A stretch of DNA of 64,000 nucleotides from Camelus ferus. Its lineage: Eukaryota. A program made the position numbers and the translations under genes. Below, in pieces: positions 37,761 to 50,476 of the stretch. Where the stretch lies: the NCBI RefSeq assembly GCF_009834535.1, contig NC_045707.1, positions 47,370,001 through 47,434,000 of the forward strand, written 5' to 3'. Below the pieces are notes generated by a model. It saw only the letters and a program-made list of their open reading frames with translations, was not told the origin of the DNA and did not search any database. The first letter of the stretch is position 1. Every line of letters starts with the position of its first letter.

Positions 37761-39344
37761 AAAGTCCTTGTTTCCAAGATTAGCTCCAAACAGGAGGCAC
37801 AGGATGTTTCCTGAATGGCTCATTGAGTTTTATTTGACAGGTGTGTCCTGTGGCAGGAACAACAGCTCAAGTGTGGCAGAGTCTTGTCAAGAGAGCTTCT
37901 CGGCTCAGTCTTCCCTCCTGTTTCAGCTGATCCTTGGCTCTGTGCTCATGAGCATCTGGGAAACTGGGCATGGAAGTAATCCCACACTTTGTTCGATGAC
38001 TAGCAGACACACAGGCGAGACAAGCCAGGAGCCCAGCCAATTTCCTTAAGGAGTGTCGGATGGAGACCACGCCAATGGGAGGAGCCGGAGGACAGGCACT
38101 CAGTGCTGCCACCAGTGCACCCAGCCAAGCTGGCCTCAGCATCTGGCACGGGCTCCTAGTCTCTGACCCCCATCTTATTCCATCCTTCCTGAAGATTCAT
38201 CAAGGGGAACACGGAAGGCTTTTTATAGGCATACTGGTTCTGCCTTGGTAGGGTTGCTGAGAACAAAAAATATATTTCTGGAGTGGACAGATCTTTAGAA
38301 ACATCCTTGCCAAAAAATTTTATTTAGTTCTTCATCACAGGACATGTTGATGTAAGAAGGATTTTCCTAACACCTCCAAAGCTCGAAGGGGTGTTGTATG
38401 CATGAGCTGTTTGTGTGTCAAGGAGACCAGAGGAGCAGAGGGGAGGGAAGTCTTTGGCTTCAGTTCTGACACTTTTAAACCTGTGGAGATTTCTGGAATC
38501 ACCAAGCCAGGTCCTGTGGGGAATCCTTAGCCTCACTCATTGTTTCCCTGGAAACAACAGAAGTTTCTGATATAAAATAGAAGGCAATCTATGGTCGTCA
38601 CCCTTAAAAAGAACAAAGGTCTGGTTTTCATCTCTGCTGCTTAAGCTGGGGCCAGCTTTTCCTATTGTCTCCTTTATGGACTTTGGAATAAGGAGCTAAA
38701 GGAAAACTTGTAAATGGGAAGAAGACTTCCTCTCTGAGTCCAGATAGGAGCGAGTGAACCGGTTTCAAAGCAGCAAGTTTTAACTAGCAGCTTCGCTCCA
38801 GGATGTTGGAGACCCCACCCTGAGCTTGTTTTTAAGTGGGCCCCTGAGTTTTTCTTCCTGTTTTCTGATTTAACTGTCTGGACTTCTAAATTACAGGGAG
38901 AACAGCCCAGGAACAGAAAAGCTGCTCTCATCTGCTTTCAGGTCTGCCGCAGACTAGAGAGAGAAGCTGCCAGTACCTTGAGATTTCCGGTGTGGCCCCT
39001 CAGACCTGGTGGGTGGAATTATCCTGATGTGATTTGGAGAAAGGGCACAGGCACATGAGCATTTATAAGCCTGAGAAGAATCTTTATTCCTTTCAGGTTC
39101 ATTGGATGGTCACTATCCCTACTGATAAATCAGGTGTGTCCATCTTCCCACAATCTCAGCACCTCACATAGAGAGCACGATGTCATGGAAGGAACCTTGC
39201 AGGCCGGGTGGGAGTCATAGGTTCCAGTCCCAATTCTGCCTCCATGAGCTGTGTGACCTTGAATGAGTCCATTACCTTCTCTGGGCTTCACTTTATTCGT
39301 CATTAAATTGTGTATGTTCGGGGGGATACTAGATTATTCTGTGT

Positions 39345-40285
39345 TTTTTTCCTTTGTTTTCAATTGTGGTAAAAAGCACAACATAAAAATTTACTGTTTT
39401 AACCATTTTAAAGTGTATAGTTCAGTAGTGTGAAGTAAATTCTCATTGTTGTTAAACAGATCTCCACAACTTCTTCATCTTACAAAACTGAATTCTATAC
39501 CCATTGAATGACAATCCCCCTTTCCCTCCTCCTCCAGCCCCTGCTAACCACCATTCTACTTTCTGTTCTATGAATCTGACTATTTAAGATACCTCATATA
39601 AGTGGAATCATACAGTATTATTTATTTTTTTGTGACTGTCTATTTCAGTTAACATAATGCCTTCAAGGTTCATCCTTGTTGTAGCATGTGTCAGAGTTTC
39701 CTTTCTTTTAAAGGCTGAATAATATTCCCCTTTTATGTAGGTACTGCAGTTTGTTTATCCACTCATCTGTTGACAGACATTTGGGTTATTTTCACTTCTT
39801 GGCTATTGTGAGTCATGCTGCTGTGATCATTGGTGTTCAAGTTCTGTTCAAGTCCCCGCTTTCTTTTGGAGATTATATATACATTTATATATATATTTAT
39901 ATTTATTTTTATTTTTATTTATACTTATATTTATATTCTAAATCCTGGATCACATTTTAGTTCTATTTTTAATTTTTTGAGGAACTGCCATAATGTTTTC
40001 CAAGGTGTTCACCCACTTCATATTCCCACCAGCAAATCACAAGGGCTCCAATTTATCTGCATCCTCATTAACACTTGCTATCTTTTGGTTTTTATAGTTG
40101 ACATCTTAATGGATGTGAAGTGGTAACGTATTGTGTTTTGATTTGTATTTCTCTGATGACTAGTGATGTTGAGCATCTTTTCATGTGCTTATTGGCCATT
40201 CATGTATCATCTTTGGAAAAGTGTCTGTCCAAGTCTTTGCCCATTTTTTAATCCAGATATTTGATTTTTGTTGCTGCTAAGTTGT
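39345..40285 (-). mobile_element. L1 (L1MA/MB-like) 3' fragment
   Basis: Antisense L1 3' UTR and ORF2 end ('gatgttgagcatcttttcatgtgcttattggccatt'). Confidence 0.88.
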
Positions 40286-40629
40286 ATACTAGATGACTCT
40301 ATGGACTATCTTTAATATTTATAACTCTAGAATCTTAGTGTCTCCAGCCAAATTTTTTCATTTCTATTTCCTTCTTTTCAGCGAACAGAAAATGGTTAAT
40401 TGCCATATGATATGTCTGTAAGAAATTGAATCCATCAATGACTCAGATTTTTTTTTTCATTTCTTTCTTTTTTTTCTTTTTTTTTGCATACTGGGTTTTT
40501 TTTGCTGCACGTAAGTAACAGAAAGTGAAGGTGCACCGTTCAGGGTTTGATGGGACTAGATGTTCATCATGCAAAGGAAAGTGTGGAGTGGGAATCTTTT
40601 TCCCTCTAATGCAAATGCTTCTTCAGGAC

Positions 40630-40830
40630 TGACTATATACTGAGCAGTTTTCTAAATATTTTACATATATTAACACATTTAATCCTCACAGCAACAACAA
40701 ATTTATGAGGTAAATGCCAGTATCATCCTCATTTCACAATGATGAAACTGAGGCACAGAGAGAGCAAGTAACTTGCCTTAGGTCACAGAGCTGGTAACTT
40801 GAGGCCAGAGGTCTCATCCTTAGCCACTGT
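40630..40830 (-). mobile_element. MIR SINE
   Basis: 'atttaatcctcacagcaac..gatgaaactgaggcacagagagagcaagtaacttgcc'. Confidence 0.8.
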
Positions 40831-40999
40831 TCCTGTCATCCTTAGCTGCTGCCTTGGATATCGACTTCTTTAGTCTTTATTCTATCGTATAGTATTATCC
40901 CGGGATGCTTTTTGTCTCTCTCCCCTGCCTCAACTTTCAATTGTACCCTCTGGGACCCTATTCTGTGATAAACAGAGTTCCTGTATCCTTAACATTTCT

Positions 41000-41985
41000 G
41001 CTAAATGTTTCCCCTATTTTCTGAGAGCTGAGTCTCCCCTGAGTTTCCTGCTTTTCTTTTATCCTTTTCAAGGGAAGGGGGCTCACTCTCTGTTTCTCAA
41101 GCTGGGAGCTGGGAATTAATATCTCCTTTGCTCTCCAAAGCTATTGCCAGGATGCTGTTCCACCCTCCCATGTAAAATTCCCTTTGGCCTGGAGGCTCAC
41201 ATCTCATCCCTGTGACATCCCTGTCATGGGTCACTGTGCTGATCAGTCTCTGTATTCACAGAAGATTTTAGGAGCAAGCTCATGACATCTCTCTCCCCAG
41301 CTTCTGCCAACTGCTAACCTGGGTGACTCCAGTGTCCAGAAGGATGACCCTCCTGAACCCATTGGCTTCTCTGATCTTTATCTTTAGGTTCAGTGTTTTT
41401 CACTTGGCCTCTACATCGCCATGCTGGTCTTTCAACAGCCCTACCCTCCTGCCATGTCACCACTGTGGACTGCCCCATCCCGAAATCTCAAACTCCTATG
41501 TCTTTTGAGCTCATCCATTCATTCATTCCTTTACCCCTGTTAGTTCACAAAGGTGTCTAGATTCTAGACCATCATGTTCACCCAGTCTGTGTCCCCTCCA
41601 CACTTAACCCGGACCCTAGGGCAATCATCTGAACTTTTTTCTCATGAGCATCCTCAGCAGTATTAGTCCCCACCTGTACCTTCTTTCCTCCTGTTTTGGA
41701 GAAGGAAGTATCTCCCTTTTCTTCAGACTGAACTCTTCAACCTGTGTCCCTGCCCCCTTCTCTGGGGTTCTGCTCTGCCAATCAGTCCCTCTCTGCCCTG
41801 GGTCTTCACTCTCTTCCTTTTCCCTATGAACATGCTCATCTCTTTCCATTCCCCATCCTCCCCTGACCCTGCATTCCCACCCCAGCTTCTGTCCAATCTT
41901 GCTCCTTCCTCTTCTCTAAAATTTCTGAAAAGACAGTCTCTACCTACTCATCTCCTTTCAACTCTCAGTTTACTAAAATCTGACT
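41000..41985 (+). mobile_element. Degraded L2 internal fragment(s)
   Basis: Pyrimidine-rich; 'ctgggtgactccagtgtcca', 'ctaaaatttctgaaaagacagtctctac'. Confidence 0.5.
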
Positions 41986-44324
41986 TCTTTTCACAGGGTA
42001 TTTGGGTACATGTGAGGCTGGATTAGAAATACCAAGTTGTGAATGATTGATTACTTCCACTGACTTGATGGAGAGGGAGGCCAAGATGATGCAAGAGAAG
42101 GATATGTGAACCTGAGAAGCATGGCAACATTTGCAATGTGTCTGAGGGGGAAGGAGTATAAAAGGACTATCAAGTGCCATTCTGTGCATCTTAATTGAAG
42201 GCTAACTTGCACAGTGCCTGGAACATAGAGGATATTCAGTAGAGGAACCCCCCTCCCACCCTTGTCCCCTTTCTTTGGAGCTCAGTTTTCTTTGTACAGC
42301 ATGGGGTTGGACCAAATGATCATCAGATGCCTTCCAGCTCTAACCGTCTTCATACAACAAAATTTCTCCTAGCAATGTCTTGAGTTTACAACTGCCTTGG
42401 AGACAAGCCTTTCAAAAACTGCTTACAAAAAGGCCTGTGTTCTTTCCACAGAGCATTCTAAACAGATATCAACAAGAAATGTTTTTGAGAAACATTGAAA
42501 CTCATTACGTAATTGCCTTTTACCTCATTGTGCTTCTTCTTGAGTAATCTAAACCAAAGTGTTGTGGTAACGGTAGTGTTATGAGGATTAAAGCGGTGAT
42601 GTGATTTCCATCCAAGTTAGTACATGTGCATTTCAAAGGGATTTTTGGGTTTAGCATATCAACCTTAAGTAGTAACTACAATTCAATTAAATTTTGGACT
42701 AAATAAAGGCTGATGGTTTTTAGACAGATGAGGGCTTTTGTGAACATAGCTAGACAAAAAGAATATGAAAAGAATGCAGAATTCAATCAGGCAGTAAAGA
42801 GATTAGTTGAATCCAGCCTAGACTAAGGGTTGCTGAATTCCATCTACCCAAATTAAGCTTCTCTAAAGAGGGCTAGTATGTTTGCTATTTCAAGAGAATG
42901 TAGCATACTTGGATCCTAAAAGCTTGTTTTTGTGATTTCAATATGAAATGGGTAACACTTTACTCTTGAGATTCTAAGTTGAAAGATATATGAGATGTTG
43001 ATTAAGTTTGTAAACAGAACTGGAATATTTCAGAACTCAATTAATTATATTTTTAAGTTTATTTGATTAGAGTTGCAATAAGAGAGCTTCAAATGGTAGC
43101 AAAGTTTTTGTTTGTTATAGTTGTAAATTTGTCCTGTAAGAGACACAGAGGCATGTAAGAATTAGTTTGAGTATATTACATTTATAAATGCAGTTTAAAA
43201 TTAAGACTATTTAACTGATGAAGTTTATAAATGTAAGTGATTATTTAAGCAGTTTAGTTTGTCAGCAGGAGTTTCTGGAAGCTTGTCAGAGAAAATCTGA
43301 AAGTGATTTTCTTATTTACTAGTTTTATAGATAGAGTTGTAGTTTGGACACAAAAGTAATGAAAACCAGGTTCTCATTTGTAATTTGGGAACTTGAATAT
43401 TAATTTAGGGTCAAGTAACTGAAAATCCTTTCTGTGGAAAAAGCCCCCATTAAGAATAGGACAGGCGTGTATGGACAAGGAGAGCTGTCCAGTGCTGCAG
43501 GGCAGAGGGTACCCCAGGGATGTGGTGGCCGATATGATAAGGAACACTGGAGTGTACTGAGGACTGTGGCCTCAGATATTTGCTCTTACACTTCGTAATG
43601 TGAATGCTTTTAAGAATGCTCACATTCTAATTTTTATCTTTGCATGCCCTTATTTGACATGATATTTGATATTTAGCAGATTAGGATTAAACTAGAACAA
43701 GGTAACACTCAAAATTGGATGACACATTAACTCGATGGAGAATATTGACTGGTTTCTCAGCAGTTCAAGTGCAATATTACCTCACTACCAAATGATTTAT
43801 TTTTACTCTCTTGGAAATTGGGGGCCAAAAAGAGGTAAACTAGAAATGAGCAAATGTTCTTAAATAACCAGTGGATAAAGTAGAATCTGTACTGATTTTT
43901 GGCTCTCTCAGTTAATTTGTACCAAATGGTGAGGCAGCAGAAGCAATTGCCTTTGAGGTGCCCCAGGTTTCCCATTCTCTTTCCCCACTTAGAGCTATGC
44001 CTTTGTTTTCTCCACTCATTGGATTCCACTCTCAGGGAGAATTGGATTATTGGTTGACATTTTAACATGAATTTAAGATCAAGGGGTAGTTTTTCTCCAA
44101 GTCTTGTCTTCAGTCATGGAATGGAAGTAACGGTACAAGGCCATCAGTATGGCGGTGAATTAAGTGACCACCACCTTCACTGAGAGTACCTTTAGAGAGG
44201 GTGAGTACAGGTAGGAGAGCACATAGTGTTCACCTCTGTTGAGAGATTTTTATAAGAGAAGGGGCTCTGGTAATAATTATTCTGAGACTGTCCTGGAAGA
44301 TGGGAGAGATGGTGGTCCTACCTA

Positions 44325-44432
44325 CAGGCCAGTATTTCCTAAACCTGGCTGGTCATCATAATGACTCAAAGAGATGTTTTTAAAACAAGCTGCGCCTGAC
44401 ATTCCATTCAAATTCTTATTCAGTTGGTCTGG
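44325..44432. mobile_element. MER5-like hAT MITE fragment
   Basis: 'cagtatttcctaaacctggctg...attcttattcagttggtctgggatg'. Confidence 0.55.
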
Positions 44433-45026
44433 GATGCCATCAGTCCTGTTGGGGTAGTTGTTTTAGGACCAGTGATGCGTATTCTTTCTTGTAACAGGTA
44501 CTTAACGAAGCAGGTGTGTACTCCATTTACTTCTTTTTGTTGTAACAACGCAGTTATGATTTGTGAGCACACATTTCCTCACTCTTACTCAGAAGCAAGC
44601 AGAAGCCCTAACTATTATAGATTCTAATAATCAGTAAGCCATCTCTGTCTTGCCTTTTCTCTCTCTGAATTTTCTCTTCTCCCCCTTGTGTTTCTCCATA
44701 GCACCCTTATAGGCTGCCTCAGGCTCTTTTCACTGACTCTTTGCTCATATTGTTTTTATATTCTTCAGAATTAGTGAAACTGTATATATCCTTATTAGTT
44801 ATCTAGAACAAGATGTTAATAACCTTATCTTCCCTTCTTAGATCTACTATACATCAGACCCAAGACTGGCAGTTGTACATAGATACTACTTCATTTCATC
44901 CTCAGCACAACCCTGGAAGGCAGGGGCTTGATTCAAAAAAGTTAACTCTATTGCCTGAAATGACTCTGCTCAGGAGTGACTAATTTTAGTTTTCTTCATC
45001 ACCAGCAAACATTGATTGAGTATCTC

Positions 45027-45042
45027 GCACAGGAGGGCGCTG
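45027..45042 (+). promoter_or_regulatory. Possible CTCF motif (weaker)
   Basis: GCACAGGAGGGCGCTG: the 3' half matches the consensus with a retained CpG; three deviations in the 5' half. Confidence 0.3.
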
Positions 45043-45169
45043 AGACCAGCCTAGGCTGTCCTGAGCTTGCTAATGAGATCACGCTGCCCTTACCTTGGTA
45101 CACTGTGTCTTGTGGTATTGATTAAAAGCTGCACATTAAAAATAAACCTTGAAACCTTTAGCTCTTTGC

Positions 45170-45560
45170 CTAGCCTTTAAAAATGATTATTAATATCATA
45201 TTCTCTCCAATTCCACAAGTGTTACAATTTGAAAAATCCAAAAGAGCACACCGAGGAAAATCTAAAGAACACCAATAATTCTATTAATTAGACGAAATTA
45301 CTGTCAACTTTTTCATGTATCACAACCTGCGTTTTGCTAAACACTTTGCACATACACATATAGCATTCTTATACTTTAAAAACACAAATTTGATCATCCC
45401 AGGTTTTATATGTCAGCTTATGTTTTTCCACAGTGGTTGTAGCATGCACAATGGCTACAAATACCAGGGTTACATTACTTAACTGAACACAATCTACTTA
45501 TTTATCCCATCCCTGATTGTTGGTTACTCAGATTATTTCCATTTCTATTTTTTAAAACAA
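45170..45560 (-). mobile_element. Ancient L1 (L1ME-like), piece 1 of 3
   Basis: Antisense L1ME-type 3' region ending '..atttccatttctattttttaaaacaa'; continues at 48409. Confidence 0.6.
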
Positions 45561-48408
45561 GTCTGTGTTATCTAACCCTGCTGTCCTTTAAATATCAAGA
45601 CTACAGGCAAATAGTTTTAAAGATGCAAGAAGTCAGAATATGTATAATCATGATCTCATCCTGAAAATCTATTGGATGATGACCTGTATCCTATCAAGAG
45701 CTGACTGGGAAAACAGCAGCAAAAGCACTGACAGCGAGCACTGATTATACTTAACTGTGGGTCTAAGACTTAAACACAAATGGGGAAAAAGCAAAAGAAT
45801 AGCATGTAAATATGAAACATTCTGACAAATTAGAAATAACACAGCTGAAAACATTGGAGAAGAGAAAGAGAGAGTAAAATAAGACCACTGATTGGCATGC
45901 AAGCAATGGCATGCAAGCAATGGGATATAAGTGGGAGTCAAAAGATACCACTTAAAGGTCTAAAGCAATTGTAGAATTCTATGTAAGGAAAAGGGGATCA
46001 TGACCATTAAAAAACCAAAGCATTAATATAAAGGTAACCACTATTGTAAATATATAAACTTTCCTAAATTTCAAAACATGTAACAATAATAAAAAAGAGA
46101 GAAAATGGTTTCTTATATTTGCAAAAATAAATATATTAAGGGTAGTCTACAAGCTCATAACCATACACCTCAGAGGGTTATAGGAAATGAGGGTGGAAAG
46201 GATAGGAATGGGAGTTAGATTTCTCTGATCTTACCTTTTGATACAGTTTTGACTTTTGAACCATGTAAAGTAATATTTAGTAATGAATATATACATATAC
46301 ATATTCAAAAAATGAAACTAAATCTAAAGAATAAAAAGGGCAAACCTTAAAACTAAATATAAATGGAAATAAATGAACCTAACTGCATATCAAGTACATC
46401 AAATGTAACTACATAGAAAATGGAATTAACTCAAGTACATTTTTAATATACTTTCATAAAATATATTCTATGAACAGAAAGAACTTTAAACAAATATTTC
46501 ATTTTACTTAGGTTTTATTTGTGTAGTGAGTAATACTGAGGTTATTTTGGGTGTATTGAAGCATACAGCAAATGAGAAAATATCTTAAACTTTTTGGAAT
46601 CTACAATTCTCACTGTGGGAGAAGATAAAAATATGAAATGGGGGAAAGAGGAAGATTTCTGTGGTATTGGATTGAATTGGAGGTATCAGTATGAACTCAT
46701 GATTTCTTGAAAAAATAGATTTCTTGGCTCTGTGTACTGAAAGGGTTTAGAAATAATGACATCCCCCTAGCCATGAGCATGCCTAGAAGCCAGATATTGG
46801 TTTCTAAATTTCATTCTTCATTTAAAAGAACCAGGCTCCTTGGAGAAATAGCTGATTTGAAGTCTGAGACAGGAAAAGTACAAGGCAAGCCTAGAACCAC
46901 TTGGGCCAGAAAATGGAAGAGCTCAAAGATCAAGGGGACATTGTCAAAATTTTACAGACTATTGTGGCTCCCATTGCACAAATCTAGGTCAATTTAAGCA
47001 TCTAAAAGAATAATGATGGTGATGGGGGAAAAGAATACAAAAGAATGCCAGCTAATACATGTAGAAAGAAGGATAGAAATAGAAGATTACCAGACATGAT
47101 AACACCGCAGTGCCTATATCTTGATGGAGTCTGGGTTTTAAAATAAATACTATAAAGACATTCTGGGGAAAAGTTTTCCTGAATTCTGCATTAGATGGCA
47201 TTGAATCAATGTTCAATGTATTTAAAGTATTAATCCTGGCTATAAGGAGAATGTCCTTGTTATTAGGAGACAGGCTGAAGTGTTAAAAGGTGAAGTGTCA
47301 CAATGACTGTAATCTAATTGGAATGAAACAGCAAAGAATAAGTATACAGGATGAAAGTGATAATGCAAATGTGGCAAAATTGGTAGCATTTGGTGAATCT
47401 AGGTGAAAGTGTATAGGTGTTCATTATTGTAACTTTGATATTTTTCAAAATAAAAAGCAAGGTGGTGGGCAGAAGTTACTTCATTTTAGAAGAAACAGAT
47501 CTAATGAAACAATAGGTATTATAAAATCACAACATTACCACTTTAAAAATCTCTAATGAAATAATGGATCGAGGCAATATTCGTCAGTCATTGCTAAAAC
47601 TACTAGGTGGAAAGTTGATGAAAGAATGTAAAATTGGGGGATTAGGCTGAGAGCACTTGAATCCATGAAGCAATGTAAATATCACTAAAAGTGGAGTGAA
47701 CAGGCTTTAGGTGCATTTGCTGTGATGTAATATGAAGTACACAGAGCCACCTATAAAACATTCTTGCCAAAAAAAAAAAAAAAAAAGGATCTGAATTCAA
47801 TCAAGACTCTAACTCTAACTACCAGTTTGTGGGGGATAGAAGAACATATTAAATGACACAAGAAAGGTATAATCAGCCAAATCCAGAATATGAGAAACTA
47901 CAGGACAAAATAATTTTTTTCCAACAAATAAATGGCATAATGCAAAGTGAAGAAATTGTTATAGTTTACAGAGACTTACTAGAAATAGCACTTAAATCTA
48001 CTATGTAGAACTTTTGGGATCAAGATTTGAAAAAATTGTTCGAGACACTTTGAAATTATATATGAATGGGTATTAGTTGATATTAACAAATTATTGCTAA
48101 CTTGGATGGGTGGAAGAATGATATGAGGATAATGTTAATTTTTTTAAAGATCCTTATATTTTAGCAATTCAAACTGATGTGTTTGAGAGTCAGATGCTAG
48201 GATGACTGGGGTTTGCTTTAAAATATTTCAGCAAACTCAAAAACAAAAAAGAATGGTGGGAAAAAAAAAAGAATGGTGGGGATAAATGAAACAAGAACTG
48301 GGCAAAATGTTGATAATCAATAAAGCTGGGTAGTGGATATATGGTGGTTCATTGTGTTATTCTTTTTACTTTCGTATATGTTTGAAAATTTACATTATAA
48401 AATTTTCA
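45561..48408 (+). mobile_element. Old L1 (L1MC/L1MD-like) sense fragments inserted into the L1ME
   Basis: 'ccatgagcatgcctagaagccagatattggtttctaaa', 'aatcagccaaatccagaat', 3' end 'gtatatgtttgaaaatttacattataaaa'. Confidence 0.7.
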
Positions 48409-48484
48409 TGCTATACTGACTTTTGAAGTATGTATATCTTTGTACACCTTTTTGGTTATTTATTAGAAATAAATTCCTGGAAGT
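48409..48484 (-). mobile_element. Ancient L1 (L1ME-like), piece 2 of 3, cut at the inverted-repeat arm
   Basis: The reverse complement acttccaggaatttatttctaataaataacc..tgtacaaagatatacatac matches the L1 'acttctaggaatttatcc...' region. Confidence 0.65.
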
Positions 48485-48765
48485 ATGTTGATTGTCACTT
48501 TGACATACTTACTGAAAAACTGTGCCTGAACAAATCCAGGTGACCCTTTTCCAAAACCCTCAGTTTCAGTCTTGGCTGGAAGACTAGTCCTGGCAGGTGA
48601 GGGGTAGCTGGAGGTGGACAGTGGTGGGAGTAGGCAGGGAAATTGTTGAGAATTTTGTGTTTTTCTCTCTTGCAACTAAATATCTCTTATGTTGGCCAAA
48701 GTTGACAAATCATTAACGCATGGAAACTAAGAAAGAACTGCATCTTTCTCCCCTCCCTATTCCTT
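48481..48765 (+). repeat. Left arm of a 285-bp inverted repeat
   Basis: Reverse complement of 49693-49977; 266/285 identical by manual alignment, no gaps. Confidence 0.97.
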
Positions 48766-48840
48766 AGAGTTATATCATACTTTGCCTATGACACCCAGAG
48801 GCCCCCTCCCATTAGTCCTTTTCATCTTCCTCTCATCCCA

Positions 48841-49157
48841 CCTTTTTAAAAAATTGAAGCACAGTTACAATGTGTCAATTTCTAGTATACACCACACTGT
48901 CCCAGTCATGCATATACATACATAGATTTGTTTTCATATTCTTTTTCATTAAAAGTTATTACAAGATATTGAATATAGTTCCCTGTGCTATACAGAAGGA
49001 ATTTGTGGTTTTTTAATCTATTTTTATATATATAGTAGCTAACATTTGCAAATCTCAATCTCCCAAATATATCCCTTTCCACCCCCTTTCCCCCGGTAGC
49101 CATAAGATTGTTTACTATGTCTGCGAGTCTGTTTCTGTTTTGTAGATGAGTTCATCC
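48841..49157 (-). mobile_element. Younger L1 3' UTR fragment in the IR spacer
   Basis: Same subfamily as 5899-6140 ('gcaaatctcaa', 'ttctttttcattaaa'). Confidence 0.88.
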
Positions 49158-49609
49158 TGCTTTTTGATCCTTTTTTTTCCCCCAGGCATAACTTCCACCT
49201 CTGCGGAGACTTCTTAGCTTCCCTTAGGAAAGAAATCACAGTTCAATGATTCCCACATTGTAGAATGAAATCTTCCTGATGTATATGGTTTAAGAAATAA
49301 AAACATGAATTCTTTCAACTAAAAAAGTAGAATAAGGAAAGCCAACTCCGCTTCTTACTCCAAATCTGAACAGAAGTGTTATTTGCTCAGAGCATACAAC
49401 CAACTCAGCATCCACAAGGTAGTAATGAGGATAATTCTGCAAGGATAAGGACAGTCATCACAAGAGACATTGACAACTTCCCCTCTGCAAATAACAAACA
49501 AGCAAACAAAAAACACTCCCACGTGCTCGTTGATACTTGAGATTTCTTTAATAGGAATTACATATTTCTAAAGAAGCTACTATGTAATTTTGGTTAAAAA
49601 ACAGCCTTT

Positions 49610-49680
49610 TATTTTGCAATTAGGCAATAGATATCAAAAGTTTTCCAAATGTGCATACTCTTTGGCCTCACAATTCCTCA
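49610..49680 (+). mobile_element. Ancient L1 (L1ME-like), piece 3 of 3, on the opposite strand
   Basis: gcaattaggcaatagatatcaaaa..aaatgtgcatactctttggcctcacaattcc is the L1 segment immediately 5' of piece 2. Confidence 0.65.
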
Positions 49681-49692
49681 TAGTTCCTCACA

Positions 49693-49977
49693 AAGGAATA
49701 GGGAGAGGGGAAAGAAGCAGTTCGTTCTTAGTTCCCAGGTGTTAATGATTTGCCAACTTTGGCCAACATAAGAGACATTTAGTTGCAAAGGAGAAAAACA
49801 TAAAATTCTCAACATTTTCCCTGCCTATTCCCACCACTGTCCACCTCCAGCTGCCCCTCATCTGCCAGGACTAGTCTTCCAGCCAAGACTGAAACTGAGG
49901 GTTTTGGAAAAGGGTCACCTGGATTTATTCAGGCACTGTTTTTCAGTAAGTATGTCAAAGTGACAGTCAACATACTT
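49693..49977 (-). repeat. Right arm of the 285-bp inverted repeat
   Basis: Reverse complement of 48481-48765. Confidence 0.97.
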
Positions 49978-50139
49978 GACCTGGGCTAACTATAGAGAAA
50001 ATCCAATGAGATATTTCCTTAATGAAGCATAAGAAAGAAGGATGGCTTTTAGAGATGGCAGGTCAGGGGCTTCCAGAAAATCAGGTTTTTTGATTTGTTT
50101 GTTAAAATCAGACTTTTGCCCAAATGATAGCTAATCCTA

Positions 50140-50330
50140 TTCTTTGTCATGAAATGTAGTTCACAGACCATCTGCATCCAAATTAACTGAGATTATTTTT
50201 TAAATGAAAAATGAGGGCTCCTACCCTAGACTATTGAATCAGAATCTCTAGGTGTGGAGTCTGGGAATCTGCATTTTTACTAATGTCTCCTGATATTTCT
50301 TACATACACTGAAATTTCAGAACCATCAAT
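50140..50330. mobile_element. MER5A/B-like hAT MITE
   Basis: 'ctattgaatcagaatctctaggtgtggagtctgggaatctgcattttta'. Confidence 0.75.
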
Positions 50331-50476
50331 TTGGTGGTTAGGAACACAGTATCTCCCAACTTCTGGCTGTGTGACTGTGGACAATTTACTTGACTTCTCT
50401 GAGCTTCAGTTTCCTCGTCTCTAAAATGAGGATAATAACTCCTTAGAGGATGATTTATTAAAAAAAATAATGTACC

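Noticed and set aside
37288..38049. 155-aa and 127-aa ORFs with (IY)n runs
   Set aside because: Produced by the (TA)30 microsatellite and the L1 UTR
48481..49977. Inverted repeat interpreted as the TIRs of a DNA transposon
   Set aside because: No clean TSD (cctgg is offset by 2 nt on the right), no transposase remnant, and the spacer is inverted local sequence
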